From contig OZ245365.1 in NCBI GenBank assembly GCA_965226495.1, positions 3,392,001 through 3,456,000 of the forward strand: 64,000 nucleotides of DNA, given 5' to 3'. Shown in pieces: positions 49,021-58,278 of this stretch; positions within the stretch are counted from its first letter, which is position 1, and every line of letters begins with the position of its first letter. A model generated the notes under the pieces. The model had not been told where the DNA came from. It worked only from the letters and a program-made list of their open reading frames with translations, and searched no databases. This stretch comes from Candidatus Marinacidobacterales bacterium. GTDB lineage: Bacteria > Acidobacteriota > Vicinamibacteria > Marinacidobacterales > DATDRI01. The position numbers and the translations under genes are program-made.

Positions 49021-49785
49021 GTGTCCCGTCTCTCCTTCGATTCCCGCGAGCCAGGGAGATATCTCCTCCAGCAGATTGAAGTCGTGGTTGATGAGACAAA
49101 CATGCCCATAACCGCGAAGCACCTTGACGGTCGCCCTCGGCATGCGGGCCGCCATGAAGTGGGCCTCTTCGACCGACGGGACGAGATGATCTTGATCGCC
49201 GGCGAGAAAAAGAGTGGGCACCCCGATCTCCCTCAGCCGCTCTCGAAGATCGTAGGTCTGAAGGATCTCCAGACGGCGGATGTAACCTCTCCGACCGACG
49301 GCGCGGGTGCGCTCAGAAAACTCCGACAAATCCGCGGGCAAGGTGTGAGCCGAGTGGAGCCGTGAGCGAGTGAGCCGTCGGACTAGGTTCATCGTTCCCC
49401 AAGGTACGACTCGCAAGAGAGGTGGGGCCAAGCGCATCCGCCACCGCTTCCGAATGGCTGGAAACGAGTTCAAGATGACGAGCCCGCGCAGCTTCTCCGG
49501 ATGAGCGAGCCCGAAGCTCAGACTGAGGGCTCCCCCGAAAGACTCCCCGAAAAGCAAGACCTTCTCGTTACCGCCTACTCTCCCTACGAGCTCGTACAAG
49601 CGTTGGACTAAGGAATCCATGGTGCGCTTGGAGTCGTCCGGCAAAGGAAATGTGACGACTCGGAACTGCTTCGCCAACAGCGGGATTTGCCGATAAAACA
49701 GGAGCGCCGTGCCATCGAGCCCCGGGACCAAGATTAGAGGCGGCCCCTCGCCCTCCTCGCGATAACCTCCTAGATTCGCTGGCAC
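49012..49785 (-). CDS. Alpha/beta hydrolase
   Basis: PGLDGT, GESFGG, GDQD, GH. Confidence 0.88.
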   Translation of the reverse strand: MPANLGGYREEGEGPPLILVPGLDGTALLFYRQIPLLAKQFRVVTFPLPDDSKRTMDSLVQRLYELVGRVGGNEKVLLFGESFGGALSLSFGLAHPEKLRGLVILNSFPAIRKRWRMRLAPPLLRVVPWGTMNLVRRLTRSRLHSAHTLPADLSEFSERTRAVGRRGYIRRLEILQTYDLRERLREIGVPTLFLAGDQDHLVPSVEEAHFMAARMPRATVKVLRGYGHVCLINHDFNLLEEISPWLAGIEGETGHLG

Positions 49786-49887
49786 GTTCCCATCTTCAAC
49801 AATTCGTCCACGGTATTGTCACAAGTTACCGACATGTAGTCCATAGTGTGACCCACAGGTCTTGAACAGGGTTTTCCACAGCGCCAT

Positions 49888-50529
49888 TCACCCTCTCCCA
49901 GAGGGAGAGGGAGTAACGGATGGAAGCCAGCGTCTAATATCGTCACCCGGAAGCCAGTTGTGTTCGACCAGCCGGGGCCCCTTTTCCGTGAAACGAAGGG
50001 CGCTCACCGACGCGTTTTCGGCCGAAAGCCTCCGGTAGTCGGCGATGGGCATCGAAAGATAGTGGGCCAAGATGACCCGGAGCGGGTCGCCGTGGGATAC
50101 GAGAACGACGTTCTGGCCTTCGTTTTCCACGCGAAGACGCTCGGTCACTGCCACCATGCGTTCTTGCACGTCCACAATCGACTCGATCGCGTCGCACTCA
50201 TAGGTGGGGTCTTCGAGGACTCTTTCGAGGTCGGGGTCACCGCGCACCTCACCTAAAAGTTTGCCTTGCCACCTGCCGAGCCACACCTCGTCGATACCCG
50301 GCTCGGTCTCGACGGCTAGGCCGAGCCCATCGGCAATGGGCGCCGCCGTCTCGAGCGCACGCTGCTGGGGGCTCGAGACCACCCTTGCGATGGGAAGCAC
50401 GGCGAGGATCTCGGCAAGGGTGGCAACCTGCTTGCGACCGCGGGCGTTCAGTCCTATATCGATACGGCCAAGCAGCCTCCCCTCCTCGTTCCAATCGGTG
50501 AGACCGTGTCGCACCAACAGAAGATTCAA
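49888..50529 (-). CDS. Histidine phosphatase (phosphoglycerate mutase family)
   Basis: VRHG, SSP..RA.ETA, VSHG; C-terminus runs through a REP hairpin (49891-49911). Confidence 0.92.
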   Translation of the reverse strand: MNLLLVRHGLTDWNEEGRLLGRIDIGLNARGRKQVATLAEILAVLPIARVVSSPQQRALETAAPIADGLGLAVETEPGIDEVWLGRWQGKLLGEVRGDPDLERVLEDPTYECDAIESIVDVQERMVAVTERLRVENEGQNVVLVSHGDPLRVILAHYLSMPIADYRRLSAENASVSALRFTEKGPRLVEHNWLPGDDIRRWLPSVTPSPSGRG

Positions 50530-51419
50530 CGGCGAGGGTCCTGCTGTGAGGCGGGCTCGTAGTGAATGGTGATTTCGGCGTGACCGTAGCGTTCCATGAT
50601 CATTTCCTCGAGCCGCTCAGTGAGGTCATGCGCTTCGCGGAGATCGTTCTCGGTGACGAAGAGCGTCAGTTCCACGAACTTCCGACCTCCGTGTAAACGG
50701 CTTCGGATATCCTCCACACCGACGACGCGCGGCAGTCCGATGGCCATCTTGCGAATCGCCTCCGCGTCCACGGCGGCGGCATCGAGCAGGGTGGGAACCG
50801 TTTTCTGCAGTATCTGGAAACCACTCCAAGCGATAAACGCGGAGATGAACAGGGCCAAGATCGCGTCCCAAGACAGATAGCCCTTCATCACAAGAGGAAG
50901 CCCCGCTAGCACCGCTATCGTCACCAGGACATCGCTTTGCGTATGGACCGCATCGGCGTACAAGAATTCGCTCGAATAACGACGCGCCGCCCGTTTCTCA
51001 TAGATCACGACGAACACGTTGACGATCAGCGACCCGACCATGACCGCGAAGGTCGCGCCGGTGATCTCGAACGTGGGAGGCGTGTCCACGAACAAGCGAC
51101 CGATTGCTTGTTTTCCGACCTCATAGCATGTAATAAACATGAACCCGGCGATGCAGAACGCACCGAGTGTCTCGATCTTCCCGTGGCCGTAGGGGTGGCC
51201 GGCATCAGGTTCTTTGGCGGCTAGACGCAGCAAGACGAGCCCGACGACATTGTTGATAGCATCGACGGACGAGTGCAGGCCGTCGGAGATGACCGCCAAG
51301 GAATGAGACATGATCCCGGCAGTGAGCTTGGCGAGGCTCACCGCGAGGTTCAGGAAGAGGATGCGATAGAGGACACGTCGAGTGCCGGCTCGCCGAGGGC
51401 CATCTTCGATAGGGGACAT
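50526..51419 (-). CDS. Cation diffusion facilitator transporter
   Basis: DGLHSSVD, HPYGHGKIE, DAVHTQSD, IHYEP. Confidence 0.94.
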   Translation of the reverse strand: MSPIEDGPRRAGTRRVLYRILFLNLAVSLAKLTAGIMSHSLAVISDGLHSSVDAINNVVGLVLLRLAAKEPDAGHPYGHGKIETLGAFCIAGFMFITCYEVGKQAIGRLFVDTPPTFEITGATFAVMVGSLIVNVFVVIYEKRAARRYSSEFLYADAVHTQSDVLVTIAVLAGLPLVMKGYLSWDAILALFISAFIAWSGFQILQKTVPTLLDAAAVDAEAIRKMAIGLPRVVGVEDIRSRLHGGRKFVELTLFVTENDLREAHDLTERLEEMIMERYGHAEITIHYEPASQQDPRR

Positions 51420-51450
51420 TTGGAGGAAGGTGGGACTCCGACCCGATCAA

Positions 51451-52350
51451 CTACGATGCGCTTCGCACCTCGGAGCTCAGCACTCGTACTTGGAAGCTTT
51501 CCAGGTTCTTCATCTTCTTCCGGAAGACGCCCGTAAATTCGAGCCCGCTCGCGTCTTGGAGAAGCACGAGAAAACTTTCCTTACCCGGCTCGAGAGGGAC
51601 GGGGAAGGAACGGGACACAGCATTCAACCAACGAGGGAACTCCCCGGAACCTTCGTTCACCTGGTAGAGCATGCGCACCAGGACACGCTTGTCCGTCGAG
51701 CTTTCCGGTAGTCCGAGCACCAGAACCACACCTTTGTCGGCTCCCTCCCCCGTTTCCTCGAAGCCGCAGGTATAGCCGTCGCTCGTGGATATGACCCGTG
51801 TGTCACCGGGAGTAAAAGTAAAGGAGTTGAATTTGGTCTCTTTGTCCACCGTATCGTACTTGTCGTCGAGGAGCAGCGCCGCTTCTTCCCCACCGACAAA
51901 AACGCGGAGGCGAATGCGCGTGTCGGCTGGCTCGGTGTCCGAGCCGGTGAACGCGTACCAGAAGGAATCCCCTCGGATGTCCAGAGCGATCACCGACCGG
52001 CCCTCGGGCCGCGGGGCTCGTTTGACCGGCTTTGGCGCCGGCGGTTCGGTCGTAGAGGATGCTTTTTTCGGCGGCGTCTCCTTCTCCGGCGGTTTCTCTG
52101 CAGCCGGCTCTGCGCCCTGGTAGTCGATCTGCTTGATGTCGGTCTTCGGAATGACCAAGTTGCCGTAGGTGGTCTTCAGAGTGATGGCACGCTCGCTAGC
52201 CCCTATCACAGACCCGTGGAGGACGTCACCATTATGGAGGTAGATTACCTCCGCGATGCCCGAGGCGGGTAGAAGGAGAATGGTCGCGAGCGCCAATATC
52301 GCGACGAGCCCACTCCAGTGTCTTGAATCGAACGATTTATCTTGCGCCAA
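51451..52350 (-). CDS. Secreted hypothetical protein
   Basis: Signal peptide; IYLHNGDVLHG..small beta domain; Pro-rich linker. Confidence 0.65.
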   Translation of the reverse strand: MAQDKSFDSRHWSGLVAILALATILLLPASGIAEVIYLHNGDVLHGSVIGASERAITLKTTYGNLVIPKTDIKQIDYQGAEPAAEKPPEKETPPKKASSTTEPPAPKPVKRAPRPEGRSVIALDIRGDSFWYAFTGSDTEPADTRIRLRVFVGGEEAALLLDDKYDTVDKETKFNSFTFTPGDTRVISTSDGYTCGFEETGEGADKGVVLVLGLPESSTDKRVLVRMLYQVNEGSGEFPRWLNAVSRSFPVPLEPGKESFLVLLQDASGLEFTGVFRKKMKNLESFQVRVLSSEVRSAS

Positions 52351-52483
52351 GTTCCTTCTCCTGAGCGACTTCTAGTCGCGCCGCCCGCCTATTATATCTC
52401 GAACCGTCCGCCAAGCTCCTCGGCGTGAGGTGACCCCCTTCTCGAGATGGCGTGGTAGAATGCCCGCCCGCCGGATAGCTTGA

Positions 52484-53170
52484 ATGGAATCTCAGGACAT
52501 TACCGCACTGCTCCTAAGCTACGCCTACCTTCTGGGCCTACTCTTGGCCGCGGTGACGGCGCACCGATACCTTAGTGTCAAGAGCATCTTCACCCGGAAG
52601 CTCGTGATCGTCGGCACCGGCATGTGGTCGATCGTGGCGGTGAGACTCTTCTCGTCCTGGGAATGGGCCATCGTACCGCCCCTAACACTCGCTTTTCTTT
52701 ACTACCTCTCCTACCGCTTCGACCTTGTCGAGGCGATTGAGGACTCCCAGCGGGTCAACATGGGATTGGTCTTCTTCCCTATCGCCATCGCTTTGTTGCT
52801 GGGCTTGTTCTGGCGACCGGGCTCGGGGCAGGATGCCGGCCACGTTGCGGTGGCGGCGTTGATGGCGGCGACGTGGGGTGACACCGTGGCCGCTTTGATC
52901 GGGCGCCGATACGGAACTAGACGCTATCGTATGCTGGGCCACCGCCGAACGATGGAAGGAACGCTGGCTTTGTTCTTCGTATCCGGCGTCGCCATGGCCC
53001 CCGTTTTGGCGACCATGGGGGCAATGGACTGGCACCAATCGGTGGCGTTCGCTCTCATAGCGGCGACCGTCGTGGCCCTGATTGAGATCGTCTCCTTTTA
53101 CGGGAGCGACAATCTCACGATTCCTCTCGCCGCGGCCGTCACTCTATCCCTGCTGACCCGGCTCACTTGA
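52484..53170 (+). CDS. Phytol/dolichol kinase-like membrane protein (CTP-transferase family)
   Basis: FTRKL, WGD..AALIGRRYG, RTMEGT, DNLTIP. Confidence 0.8.
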   Translation: MESQDITALLLSYAYLLGLLLAAVTAHRYLSVKSIFTRKLVIVGTGMWSIVAVRLFSSWEWAIVPPLTLAFLYYLSYRFDLVEAIEDSQRVNMGLVFFPIAIALLLGLFWRPGSGQDAGHVAVAALMAATWGDTVAALIGRRYGTRRYRMLGHRRTMEGTLALFFVSGVAMAPVLATMGAMDWHQSVAFALIAATVVALIEIVSFYGSDNLTIPLAAAVTLSLLTRLT

Positions 53171-53188
53171 GCCGAGGGCGACCGAACT

Positions 53189-53404
53189 TCAGAAGCGTTC
53201 GACCTCGACGCTCTCCACTTCTGGAACCGCCTCGGCGGCCAGGAGCACGGTGCTGCTGATAGGAAGGTAGGCTTCATACATCTTGTCCTTCACTTCCAGG
53301 GAAACGTTGTAGTACCCCTGCTCTTTGACGTCCAAGAGCCTTCCCTTCGCGCCCTTCACGCCCAAGGCGTCGTTGTAGACACGGATTGCATCGCCAGCGT
53401 CCAT
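53189..53404 (-). CDS. Small hypothetical protein
   Basis: AGGAG RBS; upstream promoter TTGACG-N17-TACAAT (53438-53466). Confidence 0.7.
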   Translation of the reverse strand: MDAGDAIRVYNDALGVKGAKGRLLDVKEQGYYNVSLEVKDKMYEAYLPISSTVLLAAEAVPEVESVEVERF

Positions 53405-53462
53405 CGAACACTCCTTTGGTTAGAGGTGAGTTAGTTCATTGTAAGGTAGGCACTCGGACCCG

Positions 53463-54518
53463 TCAACCGCTTGAGGTAAAAGGCATTAGACAGGAGTAGA
53501 CAGGCCCCGGCTCACGGGCAACGCTGCTTGAGCGGCGGTATTCCTCCATCATGTCTTTCCCGTAGTCGCGTTCCGCCAGGAAGTGATTGTGGGTGGGGCA
53601 CATCATGTAGACGTTCTCAGGGCTGTGATCGCCGCCGCGGGCAAAGGGCTGGCGGTGGTGGAACTGGAGTTTGTGGCGTTCGCTGCAGCGCCTACCGCGT
53701 GAGTCTACGAAAGCGCACTGGTTTCCGTCCCGCTCGCTAACGGCGCGTCTCACCGGGGCCGGGATGTAACGTGACGACGGCGATGTGTCGGCTTCCTCGA
53801 GAGCCTGTCTCGGCGCCCTTGTCTTTCCAAAGCGCCTCGACTCAAGTCGCTCGAGCTTCTCAGTCACGGCTTCTTCAATGATCGCGGCCAGGTCGCCTTC
53901 CGGCATGAGGCCACGCAGGCGCTCTATCTTGTCTTTCAGCTCTGCGCTGGCCGTGAATTGGACCTTGTAGCGGGCAGGTGCCAGGGGTTCCACGGGCCTC
54001 GGCCCCTGGGGCTTCGGGGCGGGAACTAGGTCCGGACCGAGTTGCGGAGTGGCGCTCGGTCTTGCTTTCTCGCGACGCGCAGGTAGCTTGCGCATTACCG
54101 CCGGCACATCTGGCTTGGGAGAAAGCTCGGTCACCAGCTCTTCGATCTCCCGTTTGAATTTGTGGGCCGCACGAGCCAGAAGCGTTTCTCGATTGGCCTC
54201 GGTGAGGTGCGGCGCTAGCTTCGCAATACCACTCAGGTGAAGACGCCCGTCAGCTAGCATTGTCAACAACACCGGATGCCTCCGGGACGCGCGCCCTACC
54301 GCAATGCGCAAATACGCCTCGTGCTCCGACAGGCGCAACTTCTCCGTGCAATACGTAAACATCGACGAGCAAGCTTCCCGGGCGTAGAGGCGCCGCTCGT
54401 CTACCTCGGCAATATGTGCGACTAACTCTGACTCGACGCGTCGTGATTGCTGCACTAGCCCAGACAAGCGGCGGAGTAGCTCGTCATCGGAAATCGATTT
54501 CAATACCTTGCTAAACAT
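53463..54518 (-). CDS. DUF222-like/HNH endonuclease, copy 2
   Basis: RDGNQC...RC...FHH...GG...N...CPTHN; clear paralog of 34885-36009. Confidence 0.88.
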   Translation of the reverse strand: MFSKVLKSISDDELLRRLSGLVQQSRRVESELVAHIAEVDERRLYAREACSSMFTYCTEKLRLSEHEAYLRIAVGRASRRHPVLLTMLADGRLHLSGIAKLAPHLTEANRETLLARAAHKFKREIEELVTELSPKPDVPAVMRKLPARREKARPSATPQLGPDLVPAPKPQGPRPVEPLAPARYKVQFTASAELKDKIERLRGLMPEGDLAAIIEEAVTEKLERLESRRFGKTRAPRQALEEADTSPSSRYIPAPVRRAVSERDGNQCAFVDSRGRRCSERHKLQFHHRQPFARGGDHSPENVYMMCPTHNHFLAERDYGKDMMEEYRRSSSVAREPGPVYSCLMPFTSSG

Positions 54519-54746
54519 GTGTCGTCCCCCCTCAAGACTAATATAACAACGCACTTTTTTTGGCCTTGAGACGGCGTGAGTCGGGAGGAACGTGCTTCGA
54601 CGAAGTTTTTGTCTCGAAGCTCCTAGGCGCTGACTAGAGCGTCAACGTACGCTTCAGAGATGGTACTGCGAAGGTATTAGAAAGGTCCGTAAAACTTGTT
54701 GTGGAATTCTGTCAAGAGAAAAATTCAATTTTTTTTCTTGGAAAGA
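53494..54746 (-). mobile_element. Repeated HNH element, copy 2
   Basis: Homologous to 34973-36238; differs in length by a 12-nt in-frame indel plus a 1-nt indel. Confidence 0.7.
54532..54746 (+). ncRNA. Candidate structured RNA associated with the HNH gene, copy 2
   Basis: CGGC-GUGA-GUCG here versus CGAC-GCGA-GUCG in copy 1; GCUUCG...CGAAGC stem conserved. Confidence 0.55.
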
Positions 54747-56068
54747 CACTGCCGGATGATGTCGAGGCCGGCATCGATGTCCTCTCGACTCACCACGAGC
54801 GACGGGCGGAAGCGCAACGAACGGGCCCCGCAACCGAGAATGAGCAATCGGTTCTCGTACGCATCATCCCGAAGCCGATCGCGCGTGGTCCGATCGGGGA
54901 GGTCGAAGGCGCACATCAAACCCCGGCCCCGCACGTTCGAGACTAGCTCGGGAAACTCCGCCGGGAGCTCCTCGAGCGCCGCCAGAAGGTAAGAACCGAC
55001 CGTTGCCGCGTTGTCGACGAGCCGCTCCTCATCGATGATCTCGAGGTACCGCTGGAATCGAACCATGTCGGTGAGGTTCCCTCCCCAGGTGGAATTGATT
55101 CGAGCCGACTCGGCAAAGACGTTCTTCTCAACCTCGTCGAGGCGTGGGCCGGCCAGAACGCCGCAAACCTGGGCCTTCTTTCCGAAGCAAAGCACGTCGG
55201 GCTGAACACCGAAATGCTGATGGGCCCACATCTTTCCGGTGAGCCCTACGCCGGTCTGCACCTCGTCGACGATGAAGAGGAATTCGTTATCGTCGGCCAG
55301 GTCACGAATCTGCTGGAAGAACTCCTTGCGAAAGTGGTTATCTCCCCCTTCTCCCTGGATGGGCTCGATGATGATCCCGGCAAGGTCGTCCGGGTTGTCG
55401 TGAAGCGCTTGCTTGATCTGCTCGACGGCTTGCCGCTCCAGCTCAACCACCGACCTCTCGGACTCCTCGTCCAACGGAAAGTGGATCTTGGGGTTGACGA
55501 TTCGAGGCCAAGAAAATTTAGGGAAATACTGAATCTTCCGCGGGTCGGCGGTGTTGGTCATTGAAATGGAATAACCGGTGCGCCCGTGGAACGCCTCCCG
55601 GAAGTGTATGATCTGCTGACCGCGTTCCCCGGAAATACCTTTTTGGATATTCTTCCGTACCTTCCAATCGAAAGCGGCCTTGAGGCCGTTCTCCACGGCG
55701 ACCGTCCCGCCGGCGACGAGAAATAAGTGAGGAAGATATTCGGGGATGGCGACTCGGGCAAAGGTCTCGACGAACTCGGCCATCTCGACGGTATAGACGT
55801 CGGAATTGGTGGGTTTGTGGATGGCCACTCGCGCCATTTTGTTGCGAAACGATTCCTCTGTGACACGGGGATGATTGAGCCCCACCGGGTTGCTCGCAAA
55901 GAATGAGAAGAAATCTAGGAATTTCGTGCCGGACAGCGCGTCGAAAAGATACACCCCCTGGCTGCGCTCGAGATCGAGCACCAGGTCGTATCCGTCGGCG
56001 AGCAGATGCTTCGCTAATATGCCGTGCACGTCGCCCGGCCCTATCTTCTTGGACTTCGTATTGACCAT
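54725..56068 (-). CDS. lat: L-lysine 6-transaminase (class III PLP aminotransferase)
   Basis: AVENGLKAAFDWK, AFHGRTGY, EPIQGEGGD, DEVQTG, FGKK, STWGGNL.DM. Confidence 0.92.
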   Translation of the reverse strand: MVNTKSKKIGPGDVHGILAKHLLADGYDLVLDLERSQGVYLFDALSGTKFLDFFSFFASNPVGLNHPRVTEESFRNKMARVAIHKPTNSDVYTVEMAEFVETFARVAIPEYLPHLFLVAGGTVAVENGLKAAFDWKVRKNIQKGISGERGQQIIHFREAFHGRTGYSISMTNTADPRKIQYFPKFSWPRIVNPKIHFPLDEESERSVVELERQAVEQIKQALHDNPDDLAGIIIEPIQGEGGDNHFRKEFFQQIRDLADDNEFLFIVDEVQTGVGLTGKMWAHQHFGVQPDVLCFGKKAQVCGVLAGPRLDEVEKNVFAESARINSTWGGNLTDMVRFQRYLEIIDEERLVDNAATVGSYLLAALEELPAEFPELVSNVRGRGLMCAFDLPDRTTRDRLRDDAYENRLLILGCGARSLRFRPSLVVSREDIDAGLDIIRQCLSKKKN

Positions 56069-56171
56069 GGGGAATCCTTTATTTTACCACCCGGTCGAAA
56101 CCACAGCCAGGGTGCGCCTCCTTGACGCGGCGAGAGCCCCGTCCCTATAATCCCCTCGGCCCTATCGATGC

Positions 56172-57230
56172 GTGAAAACCCAACAGACTAGCGAGGAACC
56201 CGTGAGCAGCGACTCATTCGATGAGGTGGACGATATCGGTTTTCTAAGCGACGTCGACCTCTTCCGAAACATGCCCGAGGAAGTACTCCGCACGGTCTCG
56301 GCCCAGGCCAGGACCGTGACGTACAACGCGGGCGAGACGGTCGTCAAAAAGGGCGGCGCGGGTGATCGTGTGTTCGTCGTGAAGAGCGGGATGGTCGAGG
56401 TGGTAAGCCCAACCGACTCGAAGGATACCGATGAGGCTCCCCCGCTCGTCTACCTAGGCAAGGGCGAATGCTTTGGTGAGCTCTCCATCCTGACTGAGTC
56501 TCCCCGACACGCGGATGTTCGGGTGCCCGAGGAAGCTCAGTTGATGATCATCGAGCATGCGCTTTTCAATGAGCTGGTGAAGAACTACCCGGGCTTCGCC
56601 AGTCAGTTGTGCGTTATCTTGGCGCACCGCCTGGTCAAGCTGCTTCAAGGCCTTCCCATGGACGACAAGAAGGAGCTTCAGGGAAACCTCCAGTTCTTCG
56701 ACTTGGCCACCGTCGTCCAGACACTGATCTCTTCTGGCCAAACAGGCGTCATGACCCTGGCCTTGGCCCGCGAGCCGATAGCGAAACTCACGTTTCATAG
56801 CGGCAATATCTTCCGCGCCAGTTATGCGAAGCGGAGCGGCGATGAGGCCGTCCATCATCTCTTTCAAGTGCCGACGCAGGCGGATTTCCGCTTCTCGAGC
56901 ACCCATGATGAAAACATAGAGGCGGGCCCGGATCCCGGAATCACCGTCCCCGCCATGGCTCTCATGATGGACTCGGTCCGCCTGCAAGACGAGCTGTCCG
57001 TCTTGCGAGAGCAGCTACCCCCGGAAGGCACGAGCCTCAAGCGGGGCGACTCCAACAATTTCACGCCTCCGGGCAATAATGAAGCCGAGAAAACGGCGCA
57101 GGCACTCTGGACACGCCTCGAGAAACCGGCGACGGTCGGCCAGCTCATGGATGAATCTACGAGTTGCTATTATCATGCCGCTCTCGCGTTGATCGGATTA
57201 TTGGAATCGAAGCGGGTTCAGCCAGCGTAG
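56172..57230 (+). CDS. cNMP-binding + DUF4388 domain protein
   Basis: FGELSIL...PRHADV; LQGNL..FDLATVVQ. Confidence 0.85.
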   Translation: MKTQQTSEEPVSSDSFDEVDDIGFLSDVDLFRNMPEEVLRTVSAQARTVTYNAGETVVKKGGAGDRVFVVKSGMVEVVSPTDSKDTDEAPPLVYLGKGECFGELSILTESPRHADVRVPEEAQLMIIEHALFNELVKNYPGFASQLCVILAHRLVKLLQGLPMDDKKELQGNLQFFDLATVVQTLISSGQTGVMTLALAREPIAKLTFHSGNIFRASYAKRSGDEAVHHLFQVPTQADFRFSSTHDENIEAGPDPGITVPAMALMMDSVRLQDELSVLREQLPPEGTSLKRGDSNNFTPPGNNEAEKTAQALWTRLEKPATVGQLMDESTSCYYHAALALIGLLESKRVQPA

Positions 57231-57247
57231 CACTCGAGAGGAGACTC

Positions 57248-58177
57248 ATGAGGATTCCCCTTCTTCTGTCGCTTGTCACGTTGCTAGCCGGTCTCGCGCC
57301 CGCCCGGTCTCAAAGCGCCCAGGAAATCGAAGCCTCCGAAACCACGGGGGCCCCCGGTGACCTTTCCTTCCCCATTCCCGAAAACTTGGTGCTCGATCTC
57401 CGAGTCTTCGAATCACGAACCGAATTCCCCGATTACGACGCGATGGGAAGCCTGAGCTTCTTCATCAATACCGACGGGCGAACGGTCAGCGCAACGCAAT
57501 GGCCCGGCACCCTTGCCAAGAAAGTGGAGGATACCTTCCTCGCCGCATTGATCTACGACACCGCGCCGGTGGTGGACGGCGTCAGCCGCTTCGAGTGGAG
57601 CAAGGGTTCTCGAAGCATCAAGACCGAGATTCGCATCGAGGGGTTCCATCCGGCGGGAACTTTCAAAGCCCAGCTCGAATCTCAGTTCGCGCGGGGTAGC
57701 CGTACGATGAAAGAGCTGTCGCGCGAGCTCGAGCTACAGATGAAACGGACGACGGTTTGGAGCGCTAGTGAGCTCGAGATAGCCGCCACCGATTACATCT
57801 CACACTTCCGCGAGTACAAGGATCGCGACAATCGGGGTCAGCTCTACGAGATGCTGCGCCCTTACACCTTTTTCTTGCTCCTCGCGGTGACGCCCCGCGT
57901 CCTGACCGCAGAAGAAGCCGTTCCGTCTCGAACGCTATCGCTTCCGGCCGATGCCGAGCTGCCGCTCTTGCAAAACCCGACCGGCTTTCCCCTACAGGGA
58001 ACCATTGTGCTGGAGTTCGGCGTCGATGAATCCGGGGCGCCGGTGAACCCGCAGGTCCTCCGCTCGACGCTGCCCGAGGCCAACATTCAGGTGCTCGAGC
58101 AATCGACTCTGTGGCGGTTTCCGAATTCAGAAGACCCAGGCCGCGGTGAGCTAGAAATAAAGCTCGAAGTTCCCTAA
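57248..58177 (+). CDS. Secreted hypothetical protein with TonB-C-like tail
   Basis: Signal peptide; QGTIVLEFGVDESG.PVNPQVLRS...WRF. Confidence 0.6.
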   Translation: MRIPLLLSLVTLLAGLAPARSQSAQEIEASETTGAPGDLSFPIPENLVLDLRVFESRTEFPDYDAMGSLSFFINTDGRTVSATQWPGTLAKKVEDTFLAALIYDTAPVVDGVSRFEWSKGSRSIKTEIRIEGFHPAGTFKAQLESQFARGSRTMKELSRELELQMKRTTVWSASELEIAATDYISHFREYKDRDNRGQLYEMLRPYTFFLLLAVTPRVLTAEEAVPSRTLSLPADAELPLLQNPTGFPLQGTIVLEFGVDESGAPVNPQVLRSTLPEANIQVLEQSTLWRFPNSEDPGRGELEIKLEVP

Positions 58178-58278
58178 AGCGCGCGCACTCCTGGCGTATA
58201 GCAGGCTTAAGCTGTTCCAGCGGCAGGCCTTAGCTTTTTGACTCACTCCAAATCTCATGCTAACTTGCTGACCAGGGC

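Noticed and set aside
49871-49880. DnaA box / replication origin
   Set aside because: Single TTTTCCACA with no cluster or AT-rich unwinding element
53480-54685. 15-bp imperfect direct repeat as a simple target-site duplication
   Set aside because: Homology with copy 1 continues ~60 nt beyond 54685, so the repeat lies inside the element; kept only as a guide hypothesis
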